A stretch of DNA of 61,590 nt, counting the filler, from Rhabdomonas costata (taxonomy: Eukaryota): NCBI GenBank assembly GCA_019059605.1. It is 22 parts of 22 records of this genome, joined end to end, with 100 filler letters (N's around TTAATTAATTAA, not from the genome) between each part and the next. Parts side by side here need not be neighbours in the genome. Positions count along the whole stretch, not along the records: positions 47,697 to 50,398 come from JAHMHO010002318.1; positions 50,499 to 53,196 come from JAHMHO010002319.1; positions 53,297 to 55,994 come from JAHMHO010002320.1; positions 56,095 to 58,792 come from JAHMHO010002321.1; positions 58,893 to 61,590 come from JAHMHO010002322.1; 17 more parts are not named here. The stretch is one strand, 5' to 3'. This document shows positions 50,366 to 61,590 of this stretch, in pieces. Position 1 is the first letter of the stretch, and every line of letters starts with the position of its first letter. Both the position numbers and the translations under genes were made by a program. The notes under the pieces were generated by a model, which was not told the origin of the DNA, searched no databases, and saw nothing but the letters and a program-made list of their open reading frames with translations.

Positions 50366-51914
50366 CTGAACGAACCGGACATTGCGCAGGATCACCCANN
50401 NNNNNNNNNNNNNNNNNNNNNNNNNNNNNNNNNNNNNNNNNNTTAATTAATTAANNNNNNNNNNNNNNNNNNNNNNNNNNNNNNNNNNNNNNNNNNNNGG
50501 GGGTGGGTGGAGGCTGCAGACCTGTAGTGTCCTGCTGTAGTCTCGTGGGCGGTGCGGTAGCGGGCCCTCCCACTCTAACCACTCACTCCTCCGCTTCATC
50601 ATTGTCTGTAACTACCCGACCTGTGCAGTAGCGCAGCCACGGGGGCCAGGACCGGATTCCATCAGTTCTGTTTTGGCTCATTCGTGTCCCCTTTGCTTTC
50701 GTCGCGATGCGTCTAGTGTGTACCTCGTGCCCTTCACGGGTGATTCATTGACCTCACCCTTCTGAACACCCGGTGCCCGCCTTTCCTCACCCGCTGCGAG
50801 TACGCTCACAGCAAAAGAAGCTGGAAAAGCAAGAGGGAGTTCAAACCCTTTTGCAACAACCTTATATCCTACGCCTGCCTTGTTGTGCACTGCAAAGAAG
50901 CTTAATCGAAATAGAAAAGGGGAATCGAGACCCTCTGGGGTAAAGGTATATCTCACCCATTCCATGTTTTTTAGGTCCCCAACCCGCCGCGTTTTTTTTT
51001 TGCCATCTCGGGGGTGACCCGCGTTCCACTTTCCAACAGGTCCACAGTTGTTTTTTGTGCTTGTGCCTTGTGCCAGCATGAGCTGCTCTGAGCGGAATTG
51101 GGGTCTTTTTGTCTTTGCGCTCCACTGCTCATCCCCCTCTGTTCTTCTCCTCGTGTATTTGGCGCCGTGGGGAATTTTAAATAGGCGGTTTCTTGGACCT
51201 GACTTGTGCCCTTTCTGACATGTTTGGGTGTGCGTGATTCCTGGGTGCTTGCTGACTCACTCTTGTAAACTTGTGCTGTCTCGTGCTATTTCTTTGGTTC
51301 AGGTCACTTGTGATCTCGCCCGAAGTCTCTTTTCCCCGCTCTTCCCAGTTTGAATGACAAATCCCAGAATAAAGAGGATACGAAATCGGTGAATAATTCT
51401 GCATCGCCATTCCCTCTTCCCCCCACCCCCAGGGTAAATGTTGAACGTGCACAGATTGTGTGGACCTATCTTGATATTGATCTTTACGAGAAAATTAGGG
51501 TGATAAGAAGAGGGTTTGGCTATTTTTGATCATTTTCCGAAGGTATTTCCATGGCATTCCAGTTCTGCCCCTCCACTGGAACGTCTTGGCACCTCACTGT
51601 TATACAGAAATTCGTCGCTGTCCCTCGTAATTCTGCAATGTACAATGCTGCACCTGCCAGGGAACGGGTCACGCGCGAAAAACCTGGTCTCGCAGTGAAA
51701 GGGCACCCCTCCTCCGACTTCAGATACGAAACATCCCACGAAAAGTCGATCTCACCCTGGAGTCGCAAAGAAGAGCGTCCTAGTTAGGCTTAGGCGGAGA
51801 TGGTGCCTTGCTGATGATGACCCAACCACTCCGGGTCGAAACGCCAGTCAGTTCAGTAAGGCATCAGATCTTTCTGCTGTTCTGCTCAGAGTTCACCCCT
51901 TTCACCCTCACTTA

Positions 51915-51977
51915 CACTCACTCACTCACTCACTCACTCACTCACTCACTCACTCACTCACTCACTCACTCACTCAC
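51915..51977. repeat. (CACT)n microsatellite
   Basis: Direct reading. Shorter (CACT)n tracts also occur at ~48436-48465 and, on the reverse strand, ~7680-7704. Confidence 0.95.
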
Positions 51978-53344
51978 CTATTCTTTTCAGCTCGTCCTCC
52001 GCGACAGACTTTCTCTTCTCTGTGTTCTGTTTTGTTGGAAGCTGTGCCTTTTGGGAAGGCACTGCCGTGTGTCTGTTTGTGTCTCTTTCTCTTTCTGTGT
52101 GGAGCTGTCTGGTGAGGAAAAATGAGGCTCCCTGTTTTCCAGCTACGGCTCAGAGGGCTGAGGCCTTTTCATGCGCAGAGAGCCACTGAACTTTTGAATG
52201 AGCTTGTGCGCACACCAACCACCGCGGTGCTCAAGGTACACTCGCTTCTCTTCCGTCTTCCTTCTTCGCCGTCTTTCACGACTTCGCCTTTTTCCCCCAT
52301 GGCGGGCGGTTTGTCTTTGCTGATTCGAATAAAAGATTTCCCTGGGGAATTGCAGGCGATGCACGTTCCTACGGATTTCCACCCTATTTGCGGCAACCCT
52401 CATAACTCTTCGTCTCACTCACCCCCACGCTCACCCACTTGTGGAACTTAATACTTCACCGCGATGTCCGAACACTGCGATTCCAAGTCTCTCAGTTTTT
52501 TGAACAAGACAACGAAGTCACGGCACCGCGGGGGAAAAGTTCTTGCAGTTGCAGAGTCAGCACCAAGCAGACGCCGATGTCACAAGAAGAAACGCAAGGG
52601 AAAAGACAGCGAATGGCAAAAGGCGCACAAACGAACAATTAACATCAAGAAACGCGAGAGATCGGAGGGAAAAAGCAAACCACAAAGACCGAAACGGGAG
52701 TGACATGTCCGAGAGGGGGAGGGGACAAAAACAAGATGAATGGAGAATTCTGCTACAGAGAAGCAATTTTCTCAGTTTCGATTTGCTGCTATTGTTCTAT
52801 TGCAAGCCTGCGTGTCACCAGTAGCAACCCTCATGATTGCAATTTTGAATGGACACCCAAAAATTTATTAGAGACCTGACTTCCTTGGCATCAGACAGAG
52901 TAAATTGCTTAATTGTTTGCTCGAAAGATTACCAAGGTGGTGTTTTTGGGACATGTGCATGTACGTAAGCCCCTGCGAGAGATTCTATCGTGTCCTGATA
53001 GGTGGAAGAAACCTGCATCCTATAGGGTCCATAAAGTTCACCTGAATATACAGTACAGCAAGCCCCAAGGTGAGATAATACAGATGGAAAATGCATTTGC
53101 TCCCTCCCGTAATCCCAATATATGCACAGGGGAAGTGTCAGCGGTTAGCCTTTTGTTATCCCTTGTCAACTCACCCCCCCCCAAACACACCCACACNNNN
53201 NNNNNNNNNNNNNNNNNNNNNNNNNNNNNNNNNNNNNNNNTTAATTAATTAANNNNNNNNNNNNNNNNNNNNNNNNNNNNNNNNNNNNNNNNNNNNTTGT
53301 TTGGGTGTGTGTTTGGTGGGGTGGTGGGGTGCTGTGTGGGGTTC

Positions 53345-54443
53345 CCACATATGCTGCATCGCCTACGTGAGTTCTTCGGTCTGCAGGCCAACTGGGCAGA
53401 GCGGCAGCATGCCAAAGAGAAGAGGCGCAGCATCTGCCCCCGGGAGTTCCTCCCGTACATCTCCCCTGCCCTGGCCACCAGCAGCACCAGGCACCTGCTC
53501 TGTCCCTCTTCATCTCTTTCACTATCACTCAACCACAACCCCTATTCACCAATCACCCGGTCACCCCCCACTCCACCCTCGCGCATCCCATCTCACAGCC
53601 CGTAGAGCCCGATCAATCCTCCAATTTCTGATGTGGAGGTCGCCCGAGGACGTCAATCCCACAGCGGCAAATAATCTGAGGAAGAGCGTTTTAGGCAGGC
53701 GGAGGCGGTGCCTTGCTGATAATGATCCAAACTCTTCCCGGGGGTCGAGACACCAGTTAGGGATGGGGACGAAGAATACTAGGGCCAAGCAACTCTGCCA
53801 GCTTGGACCGATGGATCTTGACTGTTGCACAAAGAGAAAAAAGGAGGGGTATGTGGACTGCCCACTGGGGTGGACGGCGGGCAACCGCCACAAGAAAAGA
53901 GGTGCGATGGCACTGCTCACGGGAGTGTCTCAGTTGTGCTGCAAACTCAGTCAGCACGCGCAGTGCGTCTCCGCAGAAATGGGGCGGGAAGGATAACATC
54001 TCTTCGGTTCTGAGACGGATAGGTTCAAGGATTGCAGTCAGAGAAAGTTCAAGATGCTCAGGTCAAGATGCGGTGAAAAACAAAACGAAAAGGTTGTTGG
54101 CACCACATCAACGTTGTGCAAGGTCTGATTCAGCTGAGGTTGTACTCAGCTAAAGTTTGGCGTAAGGATGGCTTCGTTCACGGCAGACCTGGCGGTTGCT
54201 GCAAAATATTTCGGTACACAAGCAACGAAGATTGGGGTTAGAAATGTGTTTGGGGAGGTGAGTGGTTTTGGGTTAGGGCGGACTACTTCATGGACTCCGC
54301 GGACTCCGCGACGAAGGAGCTTCACCGGGCCTGGGTGCGGGCGAAGCAGGAGCAGGTGCGGCAGCTGCGGAAGGGCAGTGGCGCTGCCCCGCTGTCTCCG
54401 GAGCCCGCCCACGTCCTCCAGGGCTGCGCCCAGGCGGCAGCAG
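53345..54443 (+). CDS. Unknown protein (partial, 2 exons)
   Basis: ..LREFFGLQANWAERQHAKEKRRSICPREFLPYISPALATSST (to 53490) joins in phase 2 to 54277-54443 (ADYFMDSADSATKELHRAWVRAKQEQ..). Confidence 0.5.
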
Positions 54444-57400
54444 GTGCGTGTGTGTATGAGGGAAAGTCGACTGGACCCGCAGGTTGTCAGAAGTTCGGCA
54501 GGCGAAAAAAGAAGAGAGAAAAAAGAACAAACAGCCGCTGTAGCACAAGTGCCGGGGGTTGCGAGCTGATGGGTTTCAAATGAAAAGGTCGAGAGAAAGC
54601 CTTCTTGAAAAAATGAGCAGAAGATACAGTTTGTGGGGCCTTAGTCGTTACCGTTGTCAGTGTTGCTGCGGTACTTTTATTTGTTTGGACGGCCCTTGCA
54701 ACTCCTTTGCGCTTGGGAAGTATTTCAGGACCCGCAACCAATGGTGGTTACCGTTAAAACGTTTTGATGATGGATCAAATTGAACAATGGATCAAGGGAA
54801 CAGCATCCAACCAGATCCCCTATCGATGACAGTCAACATTGTTTTAGAAGCAAACGGGTATTTGCCTTTCTTCATCCACCTTTTTTCTTCACAAAATAAT
54901 CTGGAGTTGATCCTTTATTGATTCGGCAACTGCTGCTCAGAGCGCGTAGCCGATGGAGACCGTCCATGGACGGATGGGAAATCGTTGTTTTGAAGTCGGT
55001 TGTGTGAATGAGGGTGATGAAAGTGGGGAGGCGAAGTCATTCAATAGTGAAGGCATTGGAACCAGAAGCTCCTCCAGCCTCTAGAATTGAGGTGCTGGAG
55101 TACACCAGTTTTGCTTGTCGTTGTGCTTTATGCTCGGAGCTGCGAGGAGCCGTTCGTCTGTTCCCGCGCAGGCCCTGGGGCGGACGCTCGGTAGAGACGA
55201 GGCGGCGAGGCGGTGGCCCATTTGTACAGCTTTTGCGTAAATGGCCATGTAATGTGTGTAGTTGTACTCTGCCGCGTTGCTACGTTCGGAGGCCACAAGG
55301 GCTGTGTATCTGAGAGTATTTGTGTTACGTGTGCATGTAAATTTTTGCCCTTGGTGCCACATTTGTAGCAAGAGGGGAAGAAGTCCACGCGACGCAGTGA
55401 CCCCTAAGCCTCCTGAAGACCTCTTTTTCATCGCCAAACTGCTGCAACCTCGAAACAAGGATAAAGCTGTCAGGTTGTGTTTTGGAAGTCACCTGCGGTT
55501 TTCGTCTTGAGTTGGCTACTCACGGTTCCAACTCCTAAGGTGACTTAAAAATCGAGTCAAAGATGGTGGGAGGAGTAACCTCAAAGTCACAGGTTCAAAT
55601 TTTGGCTCTGTGTGGTTTTTCTCCAACTTTTTGAATTCGATACCATATCTTATCTGTGGGACACCTTCCTGTTGAGGACTTAATGTTAACCCTTCCATGA
55701 GCAGGCTTTGACGCAGCACTACTGTTCTATGTGTTGGCTTCCGCTTTTTCACCGCAGAACGTGATCGCTGTTCTTTTTTATACCTAGACCCAGACGAACA
55801 AGCACACATTGCTGCAAAGGCTTTGCTGTGGCCCCCTGTGTGTGGTGGCGTGTGTCACCCACACCAACCGCAAGCTCACAGCGCGCATCCACACTCACAC
55901 TCTCGCTCATTCCCTTCGAAACCCACACAAACACTCGCACTTCAACCCCACGGTCCCACGGTGACCCCGAGAAAATCGAAGACAAGTAGAGAAANNNNNN
56001 NNNNNNNNNNNNNNNNNNNNNNNNNNNNNNNNNNNNNNTTAATTAATTAANNNNNNNNNNNNNNNNNNNNNNNNNNNNNNNNNNNNNNNNNNNNGGGGTT
56101 TTTTTGTTTTCAGAGACATGTTCGACAGGCTCCGACGTGCTTCCGCCGGTGCTGGGCAGTTTGCCGCCCTCCTGCTTTACATGGAGTGGTTGAAGTTGAG
56201 GTAGGCAGCCCCCGCCCGTCCCCATCCGTCACCATCATCGGTGCCACCACTGCCCTTCCCTTGGCTGACGCACGCAAACAAGGGCATATGGCTGAGGCCT
56301 TCTGCTTGTTCCAGTCTCTTGTCCGAGCCAGAGCACACGACAGGGTAGATGTACATTGAGCAAAGTAATTTTCCAGATCGCCAACACTGAATTTGCACGC
56401 CGATGTGCGTGGGCCGATGCAAGACACCTATACTGTCTCTGCGGCTCTGCTTGAAGATGCCCCCGATGCAGACCATCCGGGTTTTTCCAGCAGTAAAATG
56501 GGCGCAACTTCTGGAGGTGTACCTTCTGGAGGTGAATGTTACCACTCGCGGACTACATGACGGGATAAGGCGTCTTGCCTCGTAGAGATGCGGGGATGAC
56601 ACTTTGCGTCCTCCTCCATCTTTACTTATAGGTCCGCCGAGTTGCTTCGGCTCGCCAGCCGATGGAGCGGTGTACAGCACAGAGCTGGGCTCCGAAGTTT
56701 TCCGCTGTCATCGGGGTATGCCATGCGGAACAGACGGCCTCCCACCCATCCTCCCTTTGGCCCATACACTCACACATGGTGTCCTCCATGGTGACTCATT
56801 CCCAGCAAGAAGCAGCTCGACATTGGAGGCGTAAACTCGAACCGTAACTCTAATTCATCATCCCAGATCGGCGGCATGCCCCCTATGGCATAAATTTTGG
56901 TTGTTGATATGTGCTTTACCATGGGAGATATGAGCACGACGGAACGCCCTTTTGGTGTTCCGGTCTTAACCCCAAGTAACTATTTTCCACAAACCCTGAA
57001 CCCAACCACCAACCGAAACCCTACCTGAAGCTTTCTGAAGCCTTTAGGCCCAATGGCGAAAACCAACCGCCAGCCCTGTATCTCACTATCTGATTGCCAG
57101 CACACCACATAATGGCTTCAATTTGGACCAGTGCAACCACCACAAAATCCCGACGCAGCGATTCTGTCATGTCAAGGCCTTTCGTGATTTGTTGTTTTGG
57201 GAGTTTGTGTCTGTCAGTGTGACATCCGTCCTGAGTCGATCACACAACGAGCTTTTGCAGAGCCTCGGGTTTCCTGTACGCGTTATTTGCAACCACACCT
57301 TATGCCCAGGATCGTGTCTTCTTCTCCACAGCCAGACCCCAGTCTAATGTGCATGTAACCACATACTCAATTGTAAACCCTTCCCCTGCAAGGCTCTCTC

Positions 57401-58893
57401 TGTCTCTTGATCTCTCAGGTCGGTCGAGCTTTTGAGACCGGCCACGCGGTGGCTCAGTGTACAGCGCGGATTTATGCGCCGGTGGTTTTCCCTGTTGATG
57501 AGGTGTGTAGGAAAGAAAGTACCACGCCACCCCCTCCCAGAGAAAGTTTGGGCCCTCGCCTCTTCCTCGCCAATCATCATCCCCACCTCCGAAAAATGCA
57601 GGCTGCCCCTGCTTTTACCCCAGCCGGCACTGTGCAACGCCCCATCGAAAAGCCGCAAAATTTGCTCTTTGCAGCGGGTGGGATTCGGTTGGCCACGGGT
57701 GTGCGGGGTACACGACCAGAATATTAGAATATGGAATTGGTTTGAACGCCACAAGGAAATGAGGTGGGTTGAGGAAGCTGGGCAGAGCCTATGCTTCCTT
57801 CTTTGACTTAGGGACAGTTATGTCTCTTTGTTCGCGTTAGGGACAGATACGTCTGTGGGATGTAAAGACAGAAAAGAACAGACACACACACACACACACT
57901 TGAAGGAGAGTGATGATGGAAATAAAAGGTCTTTGCTGTCTGTTCCCCTCGGAGGAAAATGCAGTTTTTAAGTTTAAATGGTAATGATGAGAGCAGTAGA
58001 AGCTCTGCAATTTCAATCACACCTCTTGTTTTCATATCTGAATATAAAGTAGTTGAGTCCGAAAGGGTACTGAAGAAACGTAATGCCCTCTGCCTCGCAC
58101 AACGAAAATTTTGTTGAGCACTGCCAAAACACGACTTTAGCACATCCAAATTTCCCCAAACCCTTCTACAAAGGTGAACCCAGAATTGCAGTGAGAGCGG
58201 TTTCTTCCTTGCCTGCCCAGCACATCATTCTTGCACCATCTTCACCCTCCCACCTTTTATTGCACTGTTGAAAATCTTTTGTGCATCCTTCATCGTGTCT
58301 GTCTTTCATTTCTGCTGAAAATTACTGTCGCTACCTCCGAACTGTGTGCATTGCCGGTAACCGCGTGTCCAGCGCAATATGAGTGGGTCTGTTGTATTTT
58401 GGCGAGGGGGTGGGGCGTTAAACTAACTCATAACTCATTTGAAAATCGAAAAGAAAAGCTGTTTTTATTGGCTTTAAACGCGTTAAAATTTTCGCAAGAA
58501 CCCCTCATGGCACGTCCGCTCCGGCCGCGCCGCGGGGTGACTTCCACCCCAAGACTAATGTTGTGTCAATCGATTCACAAAGTCCACAGCGTTTAACGCC
58601 GCAAAACCTTTAGTGTCCCGCCCCCCCAAAAAAACATATAGAATTGTCCAATAAGAGTTTTGAATTCGCTGCTTGTGTGTCGTTTGTCAGGAGTGCAGGG
58701 AGGCTCCCTCTGCGGGATCCCCGGAGGAGTCCGCCAGCCGGATCCCGCAGAGGGAGCCTCCCTGCACTCCTGACAAACGACACACAACCACCNNNNNNNN
58801 NNNNNNNNNNNNNNNNNNNNNNNNNNNNNNNNNNNNTTAATTAATTAANNNNNNNNNNNNNNNNNNNNNNNNNNNNNNNNNNNNNNNNNNNNT

Positions 58894-61470
58894 GTGTTTG
58901 TGGTTTCGGTGCTGCTGGCCGTGGGCCTCACCGTGGCGATTTCTGCGCCGTTGGTTCGGCTTGTAGACATGATCCATCGGATCGCCACGATGGACCTTGA
59001 CGGCCTCGCTATTGACCCGAAAGAGATGTCGATGTTCAAGGAAATCCACAGCGCTGAGGTTTCAGTCTTAGATCAGAATTGCTTTCGAATTGCGTTCCGT
59101 GTTTTGCGGTGAAGAGAGGCGAAAAGAGCAGGTTTCCATCAATAGGTTATGTCAGTAAACGCGGCCAACCAGGTTTTGGCTTTGTCAGTGAACGAGGATG
59201 ATAGGTGTCTCTCGTGCAGTGGGACTGTTTTTGCGTTTGTTGATGTTCACATGGTGTTCACAGGTGTGTGAAGATTTTGGCCCGGTGGTAGCATACTTGC
59301 AGCTAGGGGGAGATTTGCTTCCAAAGTCAAAATACTTCGCAAGTCCGTTTCTTTAGACGGTGCGCAATGCATACTGTTTAACTGAGAGTAACGAAAACCA
59401 CGCCGTGCGTAACCAAGACTACTCATTAGCAGCGTTAGTTGTTCTCACGTCTCGGATGCATAATGGCGTTTATCAGTAAATCATTCAGAAAGGCAAAATA
59501 AAAATGAGTGAGTCATCCAATATGCATTGCTTACGATACGGCCTACAGCCCAGCTGTGTGCAGTATCGTTGCAGTGTTAGTTTACCCTTAAGTTCTGCAT
59601 GGGAGTCACGGCAAAACCACATCCAGGATACCAAGATTCTGCTTGTGGGACCATTTTGGTGAAGGGAGCGGGGACCCAGAGGCGTCAGCTCTGAATTCGG
59701 CCATTCCATTTGTTTGCTAAGTATGCACGCGATGGGACGCTGCCCACTTGCGCTTGGTGGTCCTGCTGCTTTGAAATCAACTTCATGAACCCGATGTGTC
59801 TCGTCCTTCGCTTCCGTTATCCTCCCGAATCATTTACTGTGTTGTAATGTTGGGTGTGTGTGTGTCCTACGGGCCGCCTACCCCGGGTGGCGGTGGTTTG
59901 TGTACATGGGGGGGGGGTCGCAGTGGGCGAAATCCGGACTCTCAACCCAACCTACCAAGAGGGAGCATGCACGTACTGGGATACTGCCCGATGTTAGGTG
60001 CTGCACTGGCAGGGCATGCTCAGGAATAAGGGTGAAAGGTTTGTTCCCGCAGATGTCCAGGCGACAGAGCAGACTTTCGCACATGTTGGGAAAACAACCT
60101 ATTCACCTGCTGAAAACCATCTTCGCTATGAACCCCATGACCGCTCGATAAAAGCTCGGATTCAGCGATTCAGCGTTTGACGATGCTCAACAATGTGTTT
60201 TCAAGGGGCACTGCGCATCTTGTGGTATTACGTCGGAAGATAAATGACGTTTTTGATTAACGTAACTTTTGTAGGCCTGGGCCGTGGAATGCTTACATTC
60301 TTGGTTATGTTGTATGGGATTCCCTCATATTTTTTTTTCGTTTCGGGTGCAGGTCTGGCTGAACGACACCATCCGAATCCTCACCCAGCTACGCTGCTAC
60401 ATCCCACAGACCTTATTCCCCACACGCCTGTCACTGAGAGGGGCCATTGCTTCAGTTAGGGAGCCCACTCACACCGTCCTCGGTGAGGGGGAGTCCTCTG
60501 TTTCGATGGCGGAGCAAAGCACAGGCCGCTGCAGTCCCCGCAGGGGCCCACGGCCTGCAGGGCGACACAACCCCACCCTTCTCCCTGCGTCACAGCTTGT
60601 GCTTCCCCAGACGGAGCTGGGGCTGCGTTGTGGCACCGTCACGCTGCTTCTGGTGGACATCACGGACTTTTCAGCGGTGGTGCGCAACGGGCCAGAGCAT
60701 GTCGAGGAAATAATCAGTCCCTACCTTGCGACCGTGCACAAGGTACATCATGGGATGAGGGCATCGGTCCTCTGCGGATTTGTGGTGATGGGGTCGTGTA
60801 GGAATTGCAATGCGGGCACGTTTGCGGGCACGTTCGCCTATGCATTCCGATTTGGATCACACACAGACAGGAGGCCACACACGTGGAGTTTTTTCGAACT
60901 CATTGGGGGCTTCCTTCCCAAGTATATTTCATGCTTGTTTCCTTTCAAATGACTACCCCCCCCCCCCGGGAAAACATAGCGAATACGAGGGTTCCTTCAC
61001 GGAACAGGATCCTGTCTGGCTGCATGAGGTGAATTTCCAAATTCCGTCTTGAGCACCTAAAGCACGATTGGGGGTGCACCTTTGCCAGGAAGTTAACGCC
61101 TTTGGGGGCATTGTGGACAAGGTGGTCGGTGACAAAGTCCTGTCGCACTGGAACGCTGCCAGCAGACAGGCCAGCCACCAGAGCAAAGCATGCGCAGCGG
61201 CGCTTGCGGTGGTCCGCGAGGCGGGCACCTTTTCCACCACCGGTTACCATGGTTCGCAGCTTAGCATGCGCGCTGCTGTGGCCTCGGGAAGTGCGCTGTT
61301 CGGGAATGTTGGTGCGGGGAATCACCGAAGTTTTCAGATCTTCGGCAGCGTGGTGTGCTGTGCCCCTCTGAAACGTGTTGCCATGTGCATGTTACAGTTC
61401 TTTCTCTTATCGCTGTTTTGGGGGTTCTACCAGGTGGGCCTATCTAACCTCTTCAGCCTCGGTAACCTCA
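58894..61470 (+). CDS. TM-HAMP-class III adenylyl/guanylyl cyclase-like protein (partial, 4 exons)
   Basis: Exons 58894-59058 (TM plus HAMP, ISAPLVRL..IATMDLD..MFKEI), 60353-60742 (LRCYIP..VTLLLVDITDFS), 61089-61352 (GGIVDKVVGDKVLSHWN..ASGSALFGNVG..FQIFGSV) and 61434 onward, all GT-AG and phase 0. Confidence 0.9.
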
Positions 61471-61590
61471 CCAATCGTCGGGGGCCTCATCGGAAATGGG
61501 GGGATAGGACCACTTACTGCGGCCGAACAGCGATAAGAGAAAGAACTGTAACATGCACATGGCAACACGTTTCAGAGGGGCACACCAACC

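Noticed and set aside
55575-55610. tRNA-like T-arm (CACAGGTTCAAAT)
   Set aside because: No acceptor stem, D-arm or closing T-stem, so it cannot fold as a tRNA.
1-61590. Gene neighbourhood as an operon or cluster (e.g. carbamoyltransferase, glycosyltransferase and transporter)
   Set aside because: The genes are on separate contigs that appear to be grouped by length, so adjacency carries no information.
1-61590. Euglenid nonconventional (non-GT/GC-AG, stem-paired) introns and a spliced-leader RNA gene
   Set aside because: Every junction I could anchor by homology fits GT-AG or GC-AG, and I saw no SL exon sequence. They cannot be excluded without transcripts.

Overview
This window is not one locus. 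It is 22 unrelated ~2.7-kb contigs joined by an artificial 100-nt spacer (N44-TTAATTAATTAA-N44, stop codons in all frames). The DNA is from an intron-rich microbial eukaryote using the standard code, with mostly GT-AG introns of ~80-1300 nt and a few GC-AG introns. An articulin/alveolin-type VPV-repeat gene, tubulin glutamylase and TSNAXIP1-like flagellar genes, and receptor-type class III cyclases point to a flagellated protist, most plausibly a euglenid (inference). Contig ends carry G/T-only primer-like tails and short fold-back inversions, typical of primer-based whole-genome amplification. Partial genes I could splice in frame by hand: a NodU/CmcH-type carbamoyltransferase with a signal peptide, an EF-hand protein, a TTLL6/13-like glutamylase, a Cache-like receptor ectodomain, TSNAXIP1-like, SSRP1, an AAAP amino-acid transporter, a divergent sterol-glucosyltransferase-like GT1, Mpv17/PMP22, an intronless frameshifted XRN-like nuclease, a decayed midasin-type AAA module, articulin, and a HAMP-cyclase. 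Non-coding DNA holds at least two, probably three, MITE families. The most interesting items are the secretory-targeted, intron-bearing bacterial-type carbamoyltransferase, the Merlin-like and hAT-like MITEs, the GC-AG introns, and several enzymes with degenerate catalytic motifs. No multi-gene system can be inferred because neighbouring contigs are not linked. All family calls are motif recognition by eye, not database searches.
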